Origin: Alphaproteobacteria bacterium
Lineage (GTDB): Bacteria; Pseudomonadota; Alphaproteobacteria; UBA828
Length of the DNA stretch: 64,000 nucleotides
Assembly (NCBI GenBank): GCA_965237415.1
Contig: CBDEFM010000001.1
Span: forward strand, 512,001-576,000
Direction: 5' to 3'
A program made the translations under genes and the position numbers. The notes under the pieces were generated by a model that saw nothing but the letters and a program-made list of their open reading frames with translations, was not told where the DNA came from and made no database searches. Shown here in pieces: positions 13,342 to 23,153 of the stretch. How positions within the stretch are numbered: position 1 is the stretch's first letter; each line of letters starts with the position of its first letter.

Positions 13342-14127
13342 TCAGGGGCGCCACTGGGGCGGCCGCTTCTCGAGAAAGGCGGCGATGCCCTCCCTGCCGT
13401 CGTCGGAGGCACGGGCGGCGGCGATCCGGCGCGCGACATCGTCGGCTAGTGCCTCGTCTATCGGCCGGCCCGACACCGCGTCGATCAACGCCTTCGCCCG
13501 GCGATGCGCGTCCGGCGAGCATTGCAGCAGCATCTCGACAACCTCCGCGCCGCGGGCTTCAAGGCCCTCCGCAGGAACCACCTCGTGCACCAGCCCGATC
13601 CTGAGCGCAGTCTCCGCATCGAAGCGCTGGCCGGTGAGCATGAAGCGCCGGCTGTGGGACTCGCCGATGGCCCGGACCACAAACGGGCTGATCACGGCAG
13701 GGATCAGCCCAAGGCGCACCTCGGTCAGCGCGAAGGACACACGCTCGGCGGCAAGCGCGATATCGCAGGCGCTGACCAGCCCGACGCCGCCGCCATAAGC
13801 GGGCCCCTGGACCAGCGCCACGGTCGGCTTTGGCAGGCCGCCCAGCACCATGAGGAGGCGCGCGAGCGCCTGGGCATCGGCGATGTTCTCGGCCTCCGAG
13901 AAGCCCGCGGCTTTCTTCATGTGCACCAGATCGGCGCCGGCACAGAAGGATCTTCCGCGACCGGCGAGGACCACCACCCTCAGATCTTTGCTGGCGCCGA
14001 GATCGCTGAGCGCGTCCGTGAGCCGGGCGATCAGCGCATCGTCGAAGGCGTTGTGCGTCTCGGGCCGGTTGAGCGTCACCGTGGCGACGGCGCCGTCGAT
14101 CCCGACCAGCACGGTGTCGTCCGCCAT
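13342..14127 (-). CDS. Enoyl-CoA hydratase family, probably methylglutaconyl-CoA hydratase
   Basis: FCAGADL, GGGVGLVSACD, EVRLGLIPA; adjacent to the MCC beta subunit. Confidence 0.88.
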   Translation of the reverse strand: MADDTVLVGIDGAVATVTLNRPETHNAFDDALIARLTDALSDLGASKDLRVVVLAGRGRSFCAGADLVHMKKAAGFSEAENIADAQALARLLMVLGGLPKPTVALVQGPAYGGGVGLVSACDIALAAERVSFALTEVRLGLIPAVISPFVVRAIGESHSRRFMLTGQRFDAETALRIGLVHEVVPAEGLEARGAEVVEMLLQCSPDAHRRAKALIDAVSGRPIDEALADDVARRIAAARASDDGREGIAAFLEKRPPQWRP

Positions 14128-14131
14128 GGCC

Positions 14132-15736
14132 CTACATCCTGAAGACGCCGAAGCGCGTGGCCTCGGCCGGGCCGCCCGCGACGATGCCGAGCGCCCGGGC
14201 CAGCACGTGCCGCGTCTCTGCCGGGTCGATCACCCCGTCGTGCCAGAGACGGGCTGCGGCGTAGTAGGGATTCCCCTGCTCCTCGTACTGGGAGAGGATC
14301 GGCGCCTTGAACGCCGCTTCCTCGTCCTCGCTCCAGTCGCCGCCGTCGGCCTCGATCCGGTCGCGCCGGATGCGGGCGAGAACGCCTGCCGCCTGTGCGC
14401 CCCCCATCACCGAGATCCGCGCATTGGGCCACATCCAGAGGAAGCGCGGCCCGAAGGCGCGCCCGCACATGCCGTAATTCCCGGCCCCGTAGCTGCCGCC
14501 GATGATGACCGTGAGCTTGGGCACGGCCGCGCAGGAGACCGCGGTGACGAGCTTGGCCCCGTCCTTGGCGATGCCGCCCTGCTCGTAGCGCTTGCCCACC
14601 ATGAAGCCGACGATGTTCTGGAGGAAGAGAAGCGGGATGTCGCGCTGGCAGCAGAGCTCGATGAAGTGCGCGCCCTTGAGCGACGATTCCGAGAAGAGGA
14701 TGCCGTTGTTGGCGAGGATGCCGACGAGATGCCCGCCGATGCGCGCGAAGCCCGTCACCAGGGTGGCGCCGTAGCGGGCCTTGAACTCGTCGAAGGCGCT
14801 TCCGTCCGCGATGCGCGCGATGGCTTCGCGCACGTTGAACATGGTGCGCAGCGACTGCGGCACGACGCCGTAGATCTCGGCGGGGTCGTAGGCGGGCTCC
14901 GGCGCCGACGAGCCTGGCGCCGCCGGCGGCGCGGCATCCAGGCGGGCGACGATGGCCCGCGCCCGGCGGATCGCGTCGCCATCGTCCGCCGCCATGTGGT
15001 CGGCGACGCCCGAGAGCCGCGTGTGCACGTCGGCGCCGCCCAACTCCTCCGCACTCACCTCTTCCCCGGTCGCCGCCTTCACCAGGGGCGGGCCGGCGAG
15101 GAAGATCGTGCCCTGCTCCTTGACGATGATGGTCTCGTCGGACATCGCCGGCACATAGGCCCCGCCGGCCGTGCACGAGCCCATCACCACGGCGACCTGG
15201 GCGATGCCCTTCGCCGACATGCGTGCCTGGTTGTAGAAGATGCGGCCGAAATGCTCGCGGTCGGGGAATACCTGGTCCTGATGCGGCAGGTTCGCCCCGC
15301 CCGAATCCACTAGATAGAGGCAGGGCAGCCGGTTCTCCTCGGCGATCTCCTGAGCGCGGATGTGTTTCTTGACGGTCATCGGGTAGTAGGTGCCGCCCTT
15401 GACCGTCGCGTCGTTGGCGATGACGACGCACTCGCGCCCCTCGATGCGGCCGATTCCGGTGATGATGCCGGCGGCCGGCACGTCGGCGCCGTAAAGCCCG
15501 TCCGCCGCCAGCGCCGAAAGCTCCAGGAACGATGAGCCCTGATCGATGAGCGCCGCCACCCGCTCGCGCGGCAGCATCTTGCCGCGTTTCCGGTGTCGCT
15601 CGCGTGCCTGGGAGGGACCGCCCTCCAGCACCCGCGCATGGCGGTGGGCGAGGTCGTCCACCAGCGCCCGCATGGCCGCCTCGTTGTTCTTGAACTTGTC
15701 CGAGGCCGGATCGACCGTCGAGCGCAGAACCTCCAT
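14132..15736 (-). CDS. mccB: Methylcrotonoyl-CoA carboxylase beta (carboxyltransferase) subunit
   Basis: [25 protein letters not shown], terminal FGVFRM. Confidence 0.92.
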   Translation of the reverse strand: MEVLRSTVDPASDKFKNNEAAMRALVDDLAHRHARVLEGGPSQARERHRKRGKMLPRERVAALIDQGSSFLELSALAADGLYGADVPAAGIITGIGRIEGRECVVIANDATVKGGTYYPMTVKKHIRAQEIAEENRLPCLYLVDSGGANLPHQDQVFPDREHFGRIFYNQARMSAKGIAQVAVVMGSCTAGGAYVPAMSDETIIVKEQGTIFLAGPPLVKAATGEEVSAEELGGADVHTRLSGVADHMAADDGDAIRRARAIVARLDAAPPAAPGSSAPEPAYDPAEIYGVVPQSLRTMFNVREAIARIADGSAFDEFKARYGATLVTGFARIGGHLVGILANNGILFSESSLKGAHFIELCCQRDIPLLFLQNIVGFMVGKRYEQGGIAKDGAKLVTAVSCAAVPKLTVIIGGSYGAGNYGMCGRAFGPRFLWMWPNARISVMGGAQAAGVLARIRRDRIEADGGDWSEDEEAAFKAPILSQYEEQGNPYYAAARLWHDGVIDPAETRHVLARALGIVAGGPAEATRFGVFRM

Positions 15737-15887
15737 CGCCTCTCCTCTGGGTGGCCCCGCCAAGGTACAGGCCGCCATCTGCGATGCAACCACCAGAGCG
15801 CCTAAGTCGCGCGGGCCTGAGTCGCGCACGCCCGAAGGGTCGTGCGCGCGGATGTTGGGTCGTGGGTGCCGACGACGAGATGCGAAA

Positions 15888-16052
15888 GTGGGATCAGCCG
15901 GGATTCAAAGTCGATATTTAGCAATAGCTGGGATTCGGCGGGATTAAGTGGGATTAAGTGGGATGCGGCGGGATTCGGAGCGGACTTGATCGTGAAAGTG
16001 GGATTCGGAAGTGGGATTCGGAAGTGGGATTCGGCGGGATAAGGTGGGATTC
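15888..16052 (+). repeat. Array of 12 GGGAT direct repeats, mostly on a 10-bp phase
   Basis: GGGAT at 15890, 15900, 15930, 15940, 15950, 15960, 15970, 16000, 16013, 16026, 16036, 16046. Confidence 0.85.
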
Positions 16053-16359
16053 CGAGGAAGAGGCGGCGGCGAGGCGGAGCGCAGGCGATACCCGCTCGCC
16101 GAGAGAATGCCGGCTCATCATGCCTCCGCTTGCCGTGACCCGCGTGCTCTCACGCTTCATGGCGCGATCCTGATGCAAGAAGCGCGCACCGTGCACCGAA
16201 CCATGGTCCGGGGAGTCGGGGGCTGAGGGATATGAACAGGTTGGGAGAGGGTCAGGGTGAAGTGGGGGAATGAAACGCAAGGCGGCGGCCGGGTCACGCC
16301 ATCCCGGCAAGATCGCGCAACTGCTAAGATAGGCTGCCATCGACCAGGGGAGCACCGTC

Positions 16360-17355
16360 ATGCGCCTGCCCACGCTGGCCGCGTTTCAGGAGGCCGCCGC
16401 GTTCGTCCACGAGACCCTCGACCCGACGCCGCAGATCGCCTGGCCGCTGCTGGCCGAGCGCACCGGCGCGCAGGTCTGGGTCAAGCACGAGAACCACACA
16501 CCGATCGGTGCCTTCAAGGTGCGGGGCGGGCTCGTCTTCATGGACGATCTGCGCCGGCACGGGCCGGCCCCCGGCGTGATCGCCGCCACCAGGGGCAATC
16601 ACGGCCAGAGCATCGCCTTCGCCGCGGCCCGGCTCGGCCTCGCCTCGACCCTGGTGGTGCCGGAGGGCAATGCCGCTGGCAAGAACGCGGCGATGGCTGC
16701 GTTCGGCGGCGAGCTCGTGGTGCACGGCGCGGACTTCGAGGGCGCGTTCGACCGCGCGCAGGCGCTGGCGGCGGAGCGGGGCCTGGTAATGGTTCCCTCC
16801 TTCGACGAGCGCCTCATACGGGGCGTCGGCACCTATGCGCTCGAGCTCTTCACCGCCGTGCCCGACCTCGACGCGGTCTATGTGCCGGTCGGGCTGGGCT
16901 CCGGCATCTGCGGGCTGATGGGCGTGCGCGATGCGCTCGGGCTGAAGACCGAGATCATCGGCGTCGTCGCCGAGGGCGCCAACTGCTACGCGCTCAGCTT
17001 CGAGGCGAGGCGGCCGATCTCGACCAACCGGTCTACGACCGTGGTGGGCGACGGGATCGCGACCCGCGTGCCCTCGGCGCAAGCCCTGGAGGCGATCCTC
17101 GCCGGCTGCGCCCGCATCGTCAGCGTCTCCGACGACGAAATGCTGGATGCCATCGCCGCCTACCACGCCGACACCCACAACCTTGCCGAGGGCGCGGGCG
17201 CTTCTCCGCTCGCAGCACTCATGCAGGAGCGCGCCGCGATGGCCGGCAAGAAGGTGGGGCTGATTCTCTCGGGCGGCAACGTGGACCCCGGCGTCTATGC
17301 CCGCGCCCTCGCGCGGCTGGATGCGGGCCCGGCTGCTCGCGCGGCTGCCGAATAA
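16360..17355 (+). CDS. PLP-dependent threonine/serine dehydratase family protein
   Basis: KHENHTPIGAFKVRG PLP lysine motif, GNHG, PVGLGSG, SGGNVD. Confidence 0.92.
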   Translation: MRLPTLAAFQEAAAFVHETLDPTPQIAWPLLAERTGAQVWVKHENHTPIGAFKVRGGLVFMDDLRRHGPAPGVIAATRGNHGQSIAFAAARLGLASTLVVPEGNAAGKNAAMAAFGGELVVHGADFEGAFDRAQALAAERGLVMVPSFDERLIRGVGTYALELFTAVPDLDAVYVPVGLGSGICGLMGVRDALGLKTEIIGVVAEGANCYALSFEARRPISTNRSTTVVGDGIATRVPSAQALEAILAGCARIVSVSDDEMLDAIAAYHADTHNLAEGAGASPLAALMQERAAMAGKKVGLILSGGNVDPGVYARALARLDAGPAARAAAE

Positions 17356-17428
17356 GGTTATTGTCGCTCACGGTCGCGGCCTGTCGCGAGCCCGTCAAGG
17401 ACGGACTCGCTCTGGGCGCAGGCGTTGC

Positions 17429-18484
17429 TCAGGCCTGGCGCGGGCCCTGAACCCATTCCATCAGGCGGGCGAAGAGGTTGCGGGCCTGGGCGGTGAGGCC
17501 CTCCGGCACCGCGAGCACGAAGAGCACGAGGATCACGCCGAGGATCAGGTTGACGTCGACGGTCTGCTGCGTGCCGAGCTCGATCGTCGCGAAGCCCAGG
17601 ATCATCGCGCCCACCAGCGGCCCCACCAGGGTGCCGAGTCCGCCGACGACGACCCAGATGATGATCTGCGCGCTGAAGCCGAGGTCGAATACGGTGGGGC
17701 TCACGTAGGAGTTCCAGTTGGCGTAGAGCACGCCCGCGAGGCCCGCGACCGCACCGCCGATCCCGAAGGTCACCATCTTGTAGAGCCGCGTGTCGTAACC
17801 GAGCAGTTCGGCCCGAATCTCGTTCTCCCGCACCGCCGCGACCGCGCGGCCGAAGCTGGAGTACATCAGGAGGCGCAGGCACACATAGACCAGCAGCAGG
17901 CAGATCCCGGTGATGAGGAACATGTCCTCGGGCCAGATGATGCTCATGGGATTGCCTGGCGTGTTGATCGGCGGCAGTGCCGGCATGCCGTTGAAGCCGC
18001 CGAGATGGGCGGTGCCGATGGTGTATTCGTAGCCCGCCGTGTGGCCCAGGAACTTGTAGAAGATCAGCGACACCACGAGGGTGATGACGGCCACGTAGAC
18101 CGTGCTGATGCGGCCATAGAACATGAGATAGCCGAGGAGGAGGGCGGCGCCGGCAGGCACGGCGACGCCGGCGGCGAGCGCGCCCGTGCTGCCCCCCATG
18201 TTGATGGAGACCACGGCGTAGGTGTAGCCGCCGAGGCCGTAGAACGCGGCCTGGCCGAAACTGAAGATGCCGCCATAGCCCCAGACCCAGCCGAGGCTCA
18301 TGGCGAGGATGGCGTAGGCCATGAAGAGCGTGAGCTGCAGCAGGATGAAGATGTCGGAGATGACCAACGGCAGGATCGCGATGACGAGTGCGATGGCCAC
18401 GACCAGCGCGATCGGGCCGGTGAGCGCCGGCGAGAGCCGCCCCACCGTGAGCCCTTCGGCGTTGAGGCTGACGTTCAGAGCCAT
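17429..18484 (-). CDS. Branched-chain amino acid/urea-type ABC permease (LivM/UrtC-like)
   Basis: WGYGGIFSFGQAAFYGLGGY, AVRENEIRAELLGY; hydrophobic. Confidence 0.9.
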   Translation of the reverse strand: MALNVSLNAEGLTVGRLSPALTGPIALVVAIALVIAILPLVISDIFILLQLTLFMAYAILAMSLGWVWGYGGIFSFGQAAFYGLGGYTYAVVSINMGGSTGALAAGVAVPAGAALLLGYLMFYGRISTVYVAVITLVVSLIFYKFLGHTAGYEYTIGTAHLGGFNGMPALPPINTPGNPMSIIWPEDMFLITGICLLLVYVCLRLLMYSSFGRAVAAVRENEIRAELLGYDTRLYKMVTFGIGGAVAGLAGVLYANWNSYVSPTVFDLGFSAQIIIWVVVGGLGTLVGPLVGAMILGFATIELGTQQTVDVNLILGVILVLFVLAVPEGLTAQARNLFARLMEWVQGPRQA

Positions 18485-19341
18485 CGGCGGAAGAAGCGGC
18501 CGGTGATGCCCTGCGGCAGGAGCCTGAGCAGGATGACCGCGGCGATCAGGAGCGCGACATCGCCCATGACCGGCGTCCACAGGAAGGTGGTGACCTGGTT
18601 GACGGTGCCGAAGAGCGCGGCGGCAGAGGACGTGCCGGTGACGATGGCCTCGCCGCCGCCGATCACGGTAATGAAGGCCTTGGCGATGAAGGCGGCGCCC
18701 ATGGTCGGCAGCAGGCCGCTCACCGGCGCGAGCGCGGCGCCCGCGAGCCCGGTCAGCGCCGCGCCGACGCCGAAGGTGATGGTGTAGACGTACTGCGGGC
18801 TGATGCCGAGCGCCGCCGCCATGTCGGCGTTCTGCATCGTGCCGCGGGCGATCAGGCCGGCGCGCGTGTAGCGCAGCACCGCGAAGATCACCGCGATCAC
18901 CAGAACGCCCAGGAAGATGATGAAGAGCCGGTACTGGCTCTCGGCGAACTTGCCGATCTCGAAGCTGCCGAGCGGCGAGACCACGCTCTCGGTCGCATTG
19001 CCGAAAATGGTGGTGATGATGCCGATGAAGAGCAGGCTCAAGCCCCAGGTCGCAATCAGGGTGTCCATCATGCGGCCGTAGAGGAAGCGGACGATGAAGC
19101 GCTCGACGATGACGCCGACGATGCCGACGAAGAGCGGCGCGATGACCAGCATCGACACCCAGAAGTTGATGCCGGCCTTGGTCGAGACGACGACCGCGTA
19201 GGCGCCGAGCATCAGGAACTCGCCGTGGGCCAGGTTGATGACCCGCATCATGCCGAAAATGACGGCCAGCCCCGCGCTGATAAGCGCGAGGCTGGCGATG
19301 GTGTAGCCGATCTGGACGGCGATGATGCCGGCGAGATCCAT
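18475..19341 (-). CDS. Branched-chain amino acid/urea-type ABC permease (LivH/UrtB-like)
   Basis: GLAVIFGMMRVINLAHGEF motif. Confidence 0.92.
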   Translation of the reverse strand: MDLAGIIAVQIGYTIASLALISAGLAVIFGMMRVINLAHGEFLMLGAYAVVVSTKAGINFWVSMLVIAPLFVGIVGVIVERFIVRFLYGRMMDTLIATWGLSLLFIGIITTIFGNATESVVSPLGSFEIGKFAESQYRLFIIFLGVLVIAVIFAVLRYTRAGLIARGTMQNADMAAALGISPQYVYTITFGVGAALTGLAGAALAPVSGLLPTMGAAFIAKAFITVIGGGEAIVTGTSSAAALFGTVNQVTTFLWTPVMGDVALLIAAVILLRLLPQGITGRFFRRWL

Positions 19342-19370
19342 GATCGGTAACGACTGCAGCTAGGTCAGGG

Positions 19371-20612
19371 TCAGTCGACCTTGATCCGGTACTGTGTCGC
19401 CTGATCCGGATTGCTGATCAGGTCGCAGACCGTGGCGGTGTCGTCCGGATGCCGGTTCTCGGCGACCTCGACGATGTCGAAATTGCCGCCGCGGAGCTCA
19501 GCGATCGCCGCGCTCATGATCGTGTGGTGGGTGGGCGGATCCATCGTCACGGTGCCACCCGGCCCCTCGACGGAGATCCCGGTCTCCAGCGCCTCGATCA
19601 CCGCCATGCGCTCGATGGTGCCGGCCATCTCCACGGCCTTCTTCCACATGTTGACCGAGTTGTAGGTGCAGATAGCGAGCGTGCCGATCTCCGCCGCGTC
19701 GGCCCCGTAGCGGGCGCGCCAGTTCTCCAGGAAGGCCGCGTTCGCCGGCGTGTCGATGCTCTGGAAGTAGTGGTACGAGCACATGATGCCCTCGGCCTCC
19801 TCGGCCGAGACGAAGGCGTTCTCCCACGGGCCGAACACGGTGGACGCGACCGGAATCTTGTCCTGCATCCCCGCCGCCGGCCACTGCCGGTAGAAGCCGA
19901 TGTGGTTGCCGCCGACGAGCGCCGAGACCACCAGGTCGGGGGCGGCCTGCTGGATCTTGGTGATGGTCGACGCGAAGTCGCCGACATCGAGGGGGAAGAA
20001 CTCCTCGGCGATGACCTCGCCCCCAAAATCCTTGGCGTACTTCTTGATCCAGTCGGCGGTGATCTGCCCGTAGATGTAGTCGGCGGCGATGGTGTAGACG
20101 GTCTTGGCGCCGAACTTGTTCATCGCGTACTGCAGCAGCGGGCCGTTGATCTGGGCCGGCGTCTCCGCGTTGCAGAAGACGGTCCGGTCGCAGACGCCAC
20201 CCTCGTAAAAGGTGCTGTAGAAGTAGAGCTTTTGGAAGCGGTCGAAGACCGGGCGGATGGATTCGCGCGACGCACTCGTGATGCCGCCGAAGATCACATC
20301 GACCTGGTCGCTGGTGGAGAGCCGCTGTGCATACTGCGAGTAGTTGGCCATGGTCGACTGGGCGTCGTACTCGACGAGCTCCAGCTGCTGGCCGAGCACC
20401 CCGCCGGCGGCGTTGATCTCGTCCACCGCGAAGACGAGCGCGTCGGCCATCTCGTTGCCGTAGATGCCGATCGGGCCGGTACGGTCGTGCAGCCCGCCGA
20501 CCCTGATGGTGTCGGCACGCGCGGGCTTCACGATGATGGTCGGCGCCACAACCAGCGCCGCGCCGGCGATCCCGGCCCCCTTGAGCAATGTGCGACGATT
20601 GACTTTGCTCAT
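19371..20612 (-). CDS. Urea/amide ABC substrate-binding protein (UrtA/AmiC-like) with Tat signal
   Basis: NRRTLLK Tat motif, EINAAGGVLG, GGITSASRE, YEGG. Confidence 0.9.
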   Translation of the reverse strand: MSKVNRRTLLKGAGIAGAALVVAPTIIVKPARADTIRVGGLHDRTGPIGIYGNEMADALVFAVDEINAAGGVLGQQLELVEYDAQSTMANYSQYAQRLSTSDQVDVIFGGITSASRESIRPVFDRFQKLYFYSTFYEGGVCDRTVFCNAETPAQINGPLLQYAMNKFGAKTVYTIAADYIYGQITADWIKKYAKDFGGEVIAEEFFPLDVGDFASTITKIQQAAPDLVVSALVGGNHIGFYRQWPAAGMQDKIPVASTVFGPWENAFVSAEEAEGIMCSYHYFQSIDTPANAAFLENWRARYGADAAEIGTLAICTYNSVNMWKKAVEMAGTIERMAVIEALETGISVEGPGGTVTMDPPTHHTIMSAAIAELRGGNFDIVEVAENRHPDDTATVCDLISNPDQATQYRIKVD

Positions 20613-20836
20613 CGTTATCCTCCCTGACTCGTTGCGTCCTGCCGTCCGTGCCGGGCGTGGCTCGGCCGGGCGCCGGCGTCGTTATCCAGCGCGACGCAGA
20701 GGATCGTAGCCACCTTCAACTCCGGCCACAATCCGCAGCCGCGCGCAGCCCCACTCAGTGATCGCAGCGTGAGCCGATCGGAACGAATCAAACGAACGCT
20801 TGCCCAAACGGGTTCAGTCCGAAATGATCGTCTGCC

Positions 20837-21421
20837 GTGGCGACAACCGACGCGAAACGCAGGGACAATCGGCGGGGTCGCATCCTCGACGCGGCCGCGG
20901 TCGAGTTCGCGCGGGCCGGTTACAGCGCCACCTCGGTCCGGGACATTGCCGCGGCGGCCGGAATCCTCCCCGGCTCGATGTACTACCACTTCGCCTCCAA
21001 GGAAGACCTGCTTGCGGCGGTGCATGCGACCGGAATCCGGCGGATTAAGGAGCGCGTGCTCGCGGCCATCGAGACCGCGAACGATCCCTGGGGCAGGCTG
21101 GAGGCCGCCTGCGCCGCCCACGTCGAGACCCTGCATCAGAGCAAGGATTACGGCTCGGTCATCGCTACCGAGTTTCCGCACCGGCATTCGCCGAAGCTCC
21201 GCGAGCGCATGATCGAGGAGCGCGACGACTACGAGAACGTCTTTCGCCGTCTGATCGACGACCTGCCCCTGCCGCCGGGCACGAGCCGCAAGTATTTCCG
21301 CCTTGCGCTCATCGGCGCCATGGCCTGGTCGATCGCCTGGTACAAGCCGGGCGAGGACTCGGCGGAGGAGATCGCGCGTCAGATCGTCGGCCTCTTTCGC
21401 CCAGCGGTGGAGCCGACATGA
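20837..21421 (+). CDS. TetR/AcrR family transcriptional regulator
   Basis: ILDAA..F...GY..TSVRDIA..AG...GSMYYHFASKE HTH. Confidence 0.95.
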   Translation: MATTDAKRRDNRRGRILDAAAVEFARAGYSATSVRDIAAAAGILPGSMYYHFASKEDLLAAVHATGIRRIKERVLAAIETANDPWGRLEAACAAHVETLHQSKDYGSVIATEFPHRHSPKLRERMIEERDDYENVFRRLIDDLPLPPGTSRKYFRLALIGAMAWSIAWYKPGEDSAEEIARQIVGLFRPAVEPT

Positions 21422-22197
21422 GACTCGAAGGCAAGATCGCGGTCGTGACCGGGGCTGCGCGCGGCATCGGCGCCGCCTGCGCCCGACGCTTCGCCGCTGA
21501 GGGCGCGGCAGTCGTCCTCGCCGACATCCTGGAGGAGCTAGGCGAGGCGACGGCGCAAGCGATATGCAACGACGGCGGCTCTGCCGCCTTCATGCCCTGC
21601 GACACCGGCGACGGCCCGCAGGCCCGCGCGCTGATCGAGCAGACGATTTCGCGCCACGGGCGCATCGACGTTCTGGTGAACAACGCCGGCATCTTCACGA
21701 TCGCGGACTTCCTCGACGTGACCGAGGAGGACTTCGACCGCGTGCTCCGCGTCAATCTGAAGGGCTACTTCCTGGTGGGCCAGGCGGCGGCGCGGGAAAT
21801 GGCGGCCGCAGGCTCGGGCAGCATCATCAACATGTCGTCGGTGAACGGGGTGATGGCGATCGAATCGATCGCGCCCTATGTCGTCAGCAAGGGCGGGGTC
21901 AACCAGCTCACCTCGGTCATGGCGCTGGCGCTGGCGCCCAAGGGCGTCCGCGTCAACGCCATCGGCCCAGGCACGATCCTCACCGAGATGTCGGGGTCGC
22001 TGATCACCGACAAGGCGGCGCAGCGACGGGTCCTCTCCCGCACACCGATGGGCCGCGTCGGGCAGCCGGAGGAGATCGCCGGCATCGCGGTCTTCCTCGC
22101 AAGCGAGGATTCGTCCTATGTCACGGGGCAGGTGATCTATGCTGACGGCGGGCGCATGCGGCTCAACTACACCATGCCGGTGGACGGCGACGGATAG
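21418..22197 (+). CDS. SDR family oxidoreductase
   Basis: TGAARGIG, NNAG, YVVSK. Confidence 0.95.
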   Translation: MRLEGKIAVVTGAARGIGAACARRFAAEGAAVVLADILEELGEATAQAICNDGGSAAFMPCDTGDGPQARALIEQTISRHGRIDVLVNNAGIFTIADFLDVTEEDFDRVLRVNLKGYFLVGQAAAREMAAAGSGSIINMSSVNGVMAIESIAPYVVSKGGVNQLTSVMALALAPKGVRVNAIGPGTILTEMSGSLITDKAAQRRVLSRTPMGRVGQPEEIAGIAVFLASEDSSYVTGQVIYADGGRMRLNYTMPVDGDG

Positions 22198-22208
22198 GGA
22201 GCGCGGCC

Positions 22209-22946
22209 ATGGCGGACGAACGGAGGACGTTGATCCTCACCGGCGCGAGCCAGGGGATCGGGCACGCAACGGTCAAGCGCTTCAGCGCGGCCGGCTGGCG
22301 GGTCATCACCGCCTCGCGCCGGGCCTTCTCGGAGGATTGCCCGTGGGAGGCGGGACCCGAGGACCACATCAGGATCGACTTGTCCGATCCTGGGGACGTG
22401 GCGCGCGGCATCGAGGAGATGCGCGCCCGCCTGGGCGGTGCGCCGCTGAGCGCGCTGGTCAACAATGCGGGCATCTCGCCCAAGGGCGAGAACGGTGCCC
22501 GGCTCGACAGCCTGCGCACCGATCTCGACCTCTGGCGCGAGGTCTTCCAGGTCAACTTCTACGCGCCGCTGGCGCTGGCGCGGGGCCTCTTCGAGGAGCT
22601 GAAGCAGGGCCAGGGCAGCGTCGTGAACGTGACCTCGATTGCGGGCGGCAGGGTCCACCGCTTCGCCGGCAGCGCCTATGCGACCTCCAAGGCGGCGCTG
22701 GCGTCGCTCACGCGCGAGATGGCGGCGGATTTCGGCCCGCTCGGCATCCGCGTCAACGCCATCGCGCCGGGAGAGATCGACACGCCCATCCTCTCGCCCC
22801 AGGCCAACGACCTTCTCCCCGCAATTCCCTTGGCGCGCCTCGGCAAGCCCTCAGAAGTGGCATCCGCGATCTATTTCCTCTGCTCGGACACTGCCGCCTA
22901 CATCACCGGCGGCGAGCTGCACGTGAACGGCGGCCAGCACGTCTAG
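22209..22946 (+). CDS. SDR family oxidoreductase
   Basis: TGASQGIG, NNAG, YATSK. Confidence 0.95.
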   Translation: MADERRTLILTGASQGIGHATVKRFSAAGWRVITASRRAFSEDCPWEAGPEDHIRIDLSDPGDVARGIEEMRARLGGAPLSALVNNAGISPKGENGARLDSLRTDLDLWREVFQVNFYAPLALARGLFEELKQGQGSVVNVTSIAGGRVHRFAGSAYATSKAALASLTREMAADFGPLGIRVNAIAPGEIDTPILSPQANDLLPAIPLARLGKPSEVASAIYFLCSDTAAYITGGELHVNGGQHV

Positions 22947-22974
22947 GGCCGCGCGCTGTGCGCGCCCGGCGGAA

Positions 22975-23026
22975 TGGCGCGCCCGGCAGGACTCGAACCT
23001 GCGACCCCAAGCTTAGAAGGCTCGTG
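22975..23026 (-). tRNA. 3' fragment of tRNA-Arg(TCT); probable att duplication at the island boundary, not a full gene
   Basis: Reverse strand reads CACGAGCC TTCTAA GCTTGGGGTC GCAGG TTCGAGT CCTGC CGGGCGCG CCA: anticodon arm, T-arm and CCA present; D-arm and 5' acceptor strand absent. Confidence 0.88.
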
Positions 23027-23153
23027 GTTTTCCTTTGAAAACAACGCCGTTAGACAGTTTTTCGGCTGTTTTCCCCCACCGCGCACCAAGGGCTTACGGG
23101 CAAAGTGTCTAACAATTTGCCCGTAACCGAGCTCGCCCGGAGAGGGGAGAAGC

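Noticed and set aside
15888-16052. CRISPR array
   Set aside because: Units are 10-13 bp with no unique spacers, and no cas genes were seen.
22975-23050. Complete tRNA-Arg gene
   Set aside because: Sequence beyond 23026 cannot form the D-arm or the 5' acceptor strand; only the 3' part is present.
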